Assembly (NCBI GenBank): GCA_963702205.1
Contig: OY969724.1
Location: 1,056,001 to 1,120,000, forward strand
DNA: 64,000 nt
Reading direction: 5' to 3'
DNA from: an uncultured candidate division Zixibacteria bacterium
GTDB taxonomy: Bacteria; Zixibacteria; MSB-5A5; GN15; PGXB01
The position numbers and the translations under genes are program-made. The notes beneath the pieces were generated by a model that had not been told where the DNA came from, did not search any database, and saw only the letters and a program-made list of their open reading frames with translations. Below, in pieces: positions 58,249-64,000 of this stretch. Numbering within the stretch: position 1 is the stretch's first letter; each line of letters opens with the position of its first letter.

Positions 58249-58839
58249 GTGATCTGGAATATACTATTTTGGATTGTCATCGGAAGTGTGGCACTAGTAA
58301 TCCTTTGGCGATTAGTTCTATTTATTGTATTTGTAGTTGAAGGATATAAAATTCATGGATGGGGTGGCGCATTTTTAATGGCACTAATGACATTTCTTTC
58401 ATACATTTGGGATTTTGCGAAATATGCAATAGCAATCTTGATCCTATTGTTTTTATTCAGACTGTGTAATAATAAAAAAGATCAAGAATCGCTCTCATCT
58501 CCAAGCACAGAGGAAATGGTGCATTTTGCCAATGCCATTCATTATTTCCAAGAATCAGATAGACTCGCGACCGAAGGTTTGGAGGATGACACCACAAGAC
58601 AAATGTATTCTAAATTAGTCGACTTAGCACTTTACGAGGCCGACTTGGTATCCGATTCTATACTGGAAGTTTATCATCCCCAGTTACCTTACCATTTTGG
58701 ATCAGAATTCGTTCCTGCCGTTAAAGCAGGACAATATGGCTTGCTAAATAAAAATGTTGATAGTGTCAAGAAAGCAAAACATCTGTTTGACAATTGGGGT
58801 GATTGGCTTTACCAAAATGCTGATAATTTTAAAAGGTAA
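58249..58839 (+). CDS. Hypothetical membrane protein, AT-rich
   Basis: N-terminal hydrophobic helices plus a soluble domain; preceded by TTGACA-N17-TAAAAT. Confidence 0.65.
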   Translation: MIWNILFWIVIGSVALVILWRLVLFIVFVVEGYKIHGWGGAFLMALMTFLSYIWDFAKYAIAILILLFLFRLCNNKKDQESLSSPSTEEMVHFANAIHYFQESDRLATEGLEDDTTRQMYSKLVDLALYEADLVSDSILEVYHPQLPYHFGSEFVPAVKAGQYGLLNKNVDSVKKAKHLFDNWGDWLYQNADNFKR

Positions 58840-58884
58840 CGAGAAACGCCCCAAAATATATATTCGTTTATTCACCTGTATCGT

Positions 58885-58954
58885 CGGGGTCTCTGTTTAT
58901 CGTCTAACTGCTGGTGATGTGATATATTCCAAAAAGATGATACTGCTGAAATAG
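58885..58954 (+). pseudogene. Orphan 3' tail of a FlgD-Ig/T9SS-like CTD gene
   Basis: GVSVYRLTAGDVIYSKKMILLK* aligns with the end of 55658-57214; homology continues through the spacer into the second GIY-YIG element. Confidence 0.8.
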
Positions 58955-58998
58955 TTAATAAACCAAACAGTTCCTTAATGCATACATCGTACCAATAA

Positions 58999-59351
58999 TG
59001 TCATTCCCGCGCAGGCGGGAATCCAGGATTCTCTTGAAATCATATTATGTTTACATAATGGCCAGTAAAAAGAATGGTACTCTATATATTGGTGTTGCCA
59101 ATGATCTTTTAAGACGGGTTTATGAACATAAATCCGGATATGTCGACGGGTTCACTTCAAAGTACAAAATCAATAAACTCGTTTATTTTGAACAAACGAC
59201 AGACATTCAATCGGCCATACAGCGTGAGAAGCAGCTTAAGAAATGGAACCGTAGATGGAAGATACGGCTGATTGAAGAGCAAAATCCCGAGTGGGAGGAT
59301 TTGTACGAGGACATTATATAAGACTGGATTCCCGCCTACGCGGGAATGACA
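58999..59351. mobile_element. GIY-YIG element copy 2, bounded by 28-bp inverted repeats
   Basis: Left repeat 58999-59026 identical to copy 1; right repeat 59324-59351 has one loop change. Confidence 0.75.
59034..59321 (+). CDS. Stand-alone GIY-YIG nuclease (paralogue of 57310-57597)
   Basis: YYVYIMASKKNGTLYIGVA...AIQREKQLKKWNRRWK; same length as copy 1 and intact. Confidence 0.93.
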   Translation: MKSYYVYIMASKKNGTLYIGVANDLLRRVYEHKSGYVDGFTSKYKINKLVYFEQTTDIQSAIQREKQLKKWNRRWKIRLIEEQNPEWEDLYEDII

Positions 59352-59460
59352 AAGAGGGGCCGGGAATGACATTAAAAGAGGCGGTAATGAAAAAGAACGG
59401 GATGGGAATGACTTTGAAGGGGACGGGGATGACATTGAAATGGCGAGAAACATGACAACA
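59342..59460 (+). repeat. Degenerate GGAATGAC tandem array
   Basis: Several ~20-bp purine-rich units as in 57618-57740. Confidence 0.75.
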
Positions 59461-59467
59461 GGCCATA

Positions 59468-59556
59468 GCGGCGTCAGGAACCCTTTCCTGACGCTCCTGG
59501 TTTGAATGAAAACTGCCGGGAAAGGGTTCCCGACGGCGCATCCCGGCAGCGCACAA
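59468..59556 (+). repeat. Repeat B copy 2
   Basis: GCGGCGTCAGGAA-CCCT-TTCCTGACGCTCCTGG, followed by the hairpin CTGCCGGGA...TCCCGGCAG. Confidence 0.8.
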
Positions 59557-59629
59557 TAAATCAACTGATTTTATCCATTTTAATTCACTTTCCGCTTGAC
59601 CTTTGTACTAAAAACATTTTAATTGTAGC

Positions 59630-59805
59630 TTTCAAAAGCATATAAGCCCAAAAATATGAGAATATGTCAATAACAGCCATGGGTCTGCGCGCGCCTGAAA
59701 AAAGGAGGACAGGTGTTTCTGCCTGATGCCTCCGGGAGGGCGGAAGTATTCCCGGCGGGCTATAATTATTTGGCCACCCGAATCGTCTCGGGTGGTCTTT
59801 TTTTT
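59630..59805 (+). promoter_or_regulatory. Structured 5' leader with intrinsic terminator (candidate riboswitch/attenuator)
   Basis: Promoter TTGACC-N16-TTTAAT at 59596-59623. Terminator GGCCACCCGA/TCGGGTGGTC plus T8 (59772-59805) sits just before the RBS of the next gene. Confidence 0.65.
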
Positions 59806-59831
59806 GCCATTTTTTTAAAGGAGGTCCCAAC

Positions 59832-60827
59832 ATGAGACATCTGGCCGTCACGCGCGGCGACTTCGCCCGGGTCAGTCTGCTTCGTTCACAGCTTCTCAAG
59901 AGCGCCCGCGACTGGTTCAACGCCAATTCGTTTCTGGAAATCCAGGTACCGCACATCACCGGCGCCACCGGTTCCTGTGAATGGTTCCCCAACGCCATCG
60001 GGGTGTCGATGTTCAACCAGTCCGGTCTGGAACTGCCGATGTTTTTGCGGCAGACCGGCCAGCTTTATCTTGAAGCCTTCACGGTCGCGCACAACCGCGT
60101 CTACACGATCGGGCCGTCGTTCCGACAGGAGCGCAAAGTGACCGACCGCCACCTGTGCGAGTTCACTCTGATCGAATTCGAGGCCCGCGATTTCGAGCTC
60201 GACGGCCTCATGGACAACATTGAATCGCTGATAAAAGCGATGTACGGCGATGTCTCCAAATCCTATGCCACCCTCGCACTGGAACGGTATGCCGATCTTC
60301 CTTTCAACCGGATTTCCTACACCCAGGCGATCAGGACGCTTCAAGATCACGGCCACAAGGTATCACACGGTGATGACCTGAGCAGTGTCGAAGAAAAAGC
60401 GCTTTGCGCTATTCTCAGCAACCTGCCGACTTTTGTCACACATTATCCGTCCGATCCCCGACCCAGAGAAGGCGGCGTAATCAAATTCTTCTCAATGAAG
60501 CGCCGCGATGGCGTCACACTTTGTTGCGACCTGTTATTGCCCGGAGTCGGCGAATCTGTCGGCGGGGCGGTGCGCGAGGGTGACACGAAAGTTTGCCGCC
60601 GTCAGTTCCGGGAATCGTACATGTACGATCATATCGTTGAGCGCGGCGTCGATCCGATGCAGTTCGACTGGTATTTCGAGACGCTGGAGCAGGCCGAAGG
60701 GCAGTCGGCCGGGTGCGGGATCGGTTTCGAGCGGGTGGTGCAGTCGGTGCTGGCCTGTGAGGACAAATATTCCAGCATCAAAGCGGCGGTGGAACTCCCC
60801 CGCTCCCCGGAATTTTTGACACCGTAG
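59832..60827 (+). CDS. Class IIb aaRS paralogue: AsnRS-like catalytic domain without anticodon-binding domain (archaeal-type asparagine synthetase-like)
   Basis: FLEIQVPHI, LRQTGQLYLEA, motif 2 GPSFRQE...RHLCEF, DLLLPGVGESVGG..RE, motif 3 GCGIGFERVV; only 331 aa; AAGGAGG RBS. Confidence 0.85.
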   Translation: MRHLAVTRGDFARVSLLRSQLLKSARDWFNANSFLEIQVPHITGATGSCEWFPNAIGVSMFNQSGLELPMFLRQTGQLYLEAFTVAHNRVYTIGPSFRQERKVTDRHLCEFTLIEFEARDFELDGLMDNIESLIKAMYGDVSKSYATLALERYADLPFNRISYTQAIRTLQDHGHKVSHGDDLSSVEEKALCAILSNLPTFVTHYPSDPRPREGGVIKFFSMKRRDGVTLCCDLLLPGVGESVGGAVREGDTKVCRRQFRESYMYDHIVERGVDPMQFDWYFETLEQAEGQSAGCGIGFERVVQSVLACEDKYSSIKAAVELPRSPEFLTP

Positions 60828-60837
60828 GATTTACGCA

Positions 60838-60883
60838 AAAAAAATAGGCAGGTCTGGAATCCCCCTCTGCAGACCTGCCTTTT
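60838..60883. terminator. Bidirectional intrinsic terminator
   Basis: AGGCAGGTCTG...CAGACCTGCCTTTT with an upstream A-run. Confidence 0.75.
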
Positions 60884-60921
60884 ATGGGGAGTTAAGGAAA
60901 AAAGGTCGTACTTATGGTCCG

Positions 60922-63649
60922 TCAGCGAAAGCTCATAGCTTTAATATTTTCACCTTGGTGCGATTTTAAATCCTCCTGCTGTGCGCCCACCGGCACGGCT
61001 CTTAACGGCAGACCGCAGGTCGCAAACCATACGGGACAGCCGCACAAGTGCACCTGGTGGGTCGGGTCGTAGTAGACTTTATCTATGAGCTTAAGGATAT
61101 CGAGCAGGTTGACTGCACAATCGCAGGTCGGGTCCCCGGAACAGGTTGTATACGGCACCGGGTCCGGCCCGGATGGTGTATCATAGACAAAGGAAATGAT
61201 ATACAAAATATCCAGCAGGTTGAAAGCGCCGTCATTGTTGGCATCGCCGGGCACGCAGTTGCAGTTGGAGCCGCAGTCAACATTGGGAAAACGGTCCACG
61301 GCGCCGGCGCTTCCCTGAATAATGTACGAATCTCCCGGCTGGCCGTCAAAATCCTCCCAACAGTTGCCCTGTTCTTCGCCGTCATCCCAAAAATCGCCGA
61401 AGGCATCATCTTCCGCGTTAAGAAAATTATCGAACATGTTGTGAAAAATCGTCAGGTTGTAGACGCTGGTGCTGACTCCGCCGTAGTTTTTGACCGAAAC
61501 CCCGGTGAAATTATCTTTTATTAAATTATTCATAAGCGTCGCCGCGATATCACCGTTACCGCTGGTGGCGATGAGCACCCCGTATTCATTGCAGTTATCT
61601 ATACTGTTGCCGGTTATGACGGCCCGCACCGCCGACCCGGCATCACGGCCTTCATCCATAAGGACTATCCCGCCGCTCGCGTAGGAACCGGCGGTTTCAT
61701 TATCGTAAATGCTGTTGTCATAAATCCCGGCGATGATATCCACGTCGCCGGTTAAATTCGGGGTCGAATTTCCCACGTAAAGCCCATACTGACAAAAACT
61801 GATATTATTCGAATCGACGGTCACGTTCTTTTCGTACGGTCCCTGTCCCTGGGTGAAGGAATTCTCGATCAAAACGGCCGCCGCCACCGACTGGTCGGAA
61901 GCGTACGTGTCGAAATTATGAAAAGTATTGTGACGCACGGTGCCGCTCGCGGTCGAACCGATCTCGACCCCGTAGCCGAAATCGCTTATAATTTTGTCGA
62001 AGACGTTTCGTTCTATATGCACGTCTACAAAATCGTGAGCCACGACACCGAGGCGACCGGTATCATAAAAGTTGTTGTTCAGAATATCGATCCGGGCCCG
62101 GTCGTTTTGGTCATAACCCGGTCCGGGGGCCCGCAGGTAGCAGGTAATTTCCTGATAGCCGTTGGTGCCGTCGGGAACGCTCATGGAGTGCAGGGCGCTG
62201 CCGGAAATTTCCCCCGAAGCGTTCCAATACAAAACACCGGAGACATTATCACCCCGAATCTGATCGAAATTCATCGTCAGACGCTGCAGCTTGACGGCCG
62301 ATGAATTGACCACCCGCACGGCCGTCATGCGAGTAATGCCATAACCGCCGATATTCCACGGCAAGACCTGATTCGGATGCATGATGGCATCTTTGCTTAT
62401 ACCTGCAATCGTGATGTTGTTGCGGTTCTCCACGTTGACCGCCGCGGTATAATAACCGGTGCAGACGTTGACGGTCCCGCCGGTGACGGGAAGAAGATCG
62501 ACACCTTCCTGCATGCAGCCGGCCTGTACTCGCCTGGGGGCTGTTGTCATCGACCCACAGCGAAGAGAAATTCCCCTGAAATCCCGGAGCTCCCGAATCT
62601 GTGTCCGCGCCCGAAGCCAGCCACGGGGTATAATCCACTCCGACGCTGATCCGTGAGGCCGCGCCTCCTGAAGTAGTCGCATTAAGCCAGTTGCCGGAGG
62701 CATCGACCGTCTCCGAAAGACCGGAATTATGAAATATATGCCAGAAATTTCCCTCGAAGCTGTTGTTTTTCACGACCACGCCGACCGGATCGTGGTCGCC
62801 GAGACCCCAGTTGCTGCCCACCATGACGCCGGAGTTTTTGTAGTTCCTGCCGCCTATGGTGTACTGGTCGGCGTATGTCAGGCCGAATGACATAACGAAG
62901 TTGTTGGTTATGATCGTACTGTTCGCCCAGGTTTGGATACCGTGAATGCCGTCGCTTATTGTATTGGCCGTTACCGTCGTATAGTCCGCTCCGTCTTCGA
63001 TATATATCGAGCCCCGGTCCCAGCCCCCGTTTCCGTCGGGACCGTAATAATTGCACTGGTACAGATAATTATCGAATATGTATGTATACGTTCCGGAAAC
63101 GGCGATCCCGGCATTGGCGATATGCGCTATGTCATTGCCGGAGATTTCAATCCTGTCGGAAACACTGCCCCCGTCATATTCGGCCCGGATGCCTCCGTCG
63201 CACTCGGCGATGGAGTTGTCAGAGATGCTTATTCTCGAATCGGTTTGAACGGCGAAGGATGGTGCATTGACAATAATATTATAAATGACCGAAACGTCGG
63301 CCGCCTCTTCAATTACAATCCCGCCGCCGTCTATTTTTAAACCGTTGATCGTCGTTTCATCGGCGCCGGAATCGACGGCTATGCTTCCGGAGATGACCGC
63401 TTCGCTCCCGCGATCGAGGCTGCCATCGGGATCAATTCCGGCCATCGCTCCCAAAAGAATGACTTTGCCGGAAATGGTCGGGTTTTCCGGATACAGGCCC
63501 GTCGCCACTTGGATGGTATCTCCGTCGGCGGCAGCGTCGATGGCGCTTTGTATGGTTGTCTGATCACCGGGAACGTGTATTATGGTCGCGAATATCGAAG
63601 ATGTGAGCACGGCAAACGTAAGGACGAAAACTAAGGCTGTCGTTTTCAT
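60922..63649 (-). CDS. Large secreted parallel beta-helix protein with C-terminal dockerin-like domain, frameshifted at about 62522
   Basis: Signal peptide plus 'IHVPGDQTTIQSAIDAA'. ORFs 62249-63649 and 60922-62703 join at SPQAST/AGCMQEGVD. C-terminal GDANNDGAFNLLDI...GDPTCDCAVNLLDI. Confidence 0.85.
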
Positions 63650-64000
63650 TAATATTTCCCCAGGCGAAAGCTCCCTTTAATTAATGGATGTGCTCTAATC
63701 CAGTGAAGGCAATTAATGCCGATTGAAATTTAATGACTAATGTGAGGGGAAGATTAGCCTTATTATAATGATCTGATTCCTGCGGACACCTCCGTGCAAA
63801 AATATATTATGCCGGCCTTAATTTAGGGCCGTTCACAGCCATTTCGGTGCAGATGAATCGTAAAGTTAAATCGGCTAAGAACCCGGGATCGTTTTGAGTA
63901 TGCCCCGCGTCCGACGGATGGTAATCCATCCGTTTCAATTGAAATATAAAGGAATCGGGAGTTTTGTCAAACCCTTTCTGGCCGGGAAAGGGCTAAAAAG

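Noticed and set aside
57618..59460. GGAATGAC arrays as CRISPR arrays
   Set aside because: Units are ~20 bp with short, mutually similar spacers and degenerate repeats; no cas genes in the window.
57462..59564. Minus-strand ORFs containing SFPRRRES and NVIPVPF repeats
   Set aside because: Translations of the palindromic repeats and arrays; not supported as genes.
59640..59805. Leader as a T-box, purine/TPP/ZTP riboswitch, or Asn-codon attenuator
   Set aside because: Consensus motifs of those classes are not present by eye, and the uORF 59664-59726 has no Asn codons; kept as an unknown leader instead.

Overview
Bacterial chromosomal window, most likely from an FCB-associated lineage such as candidate division Zixibacteria. 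This is inferred from secreted proteins ending in 'QNYPNPFN...KKMILLK' FlgD-Ig/T9SS-like tails, a dockerin-like C-terminus and a group II GGGP synthase. From left to right it contains: (1) an APC amino-acid permease with USP-like C-terminus under a KinB/AlgB-like sigma-54 two-component system with a clear -24/-12 promoter; (2) a ~9.3 kb block (OmpR/CusS-like two-component system, PepSY-like protein, TolC, MFP, RND) lying between tRNA-Asp and a degenerate copy of its 3' end; (3) tRNA-Asp, a pseudo-tRNA-Asp and tRNA-Val; (4) a housekeeping run (O-antigen ligase, gmhA, GGGP synthase, alaS, recX, M16 peptidase, secD, secF), with a candidate arrest-peptide uORF before secD; (5) tRNA-Ser followed by accessory genes; (6) an ECF sigma with an unusual anti-sigma, and a YtrA-type GntR-ABC operon; (7) a repeat-rich 55.3-59.6 kb zone with two GIY-YIG nuclease genes, each bracketed by 28-bp palindromic inverted repeats and nested in cassette-like duplications; (8) an anticodon-domain-less AsnRS paralogue behind a structured attenuator-like leader. 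Several single-base frameshifts suggest uncorrected sequencing indels. All calls are from reading the sequence; no database searches or folding programs were run.
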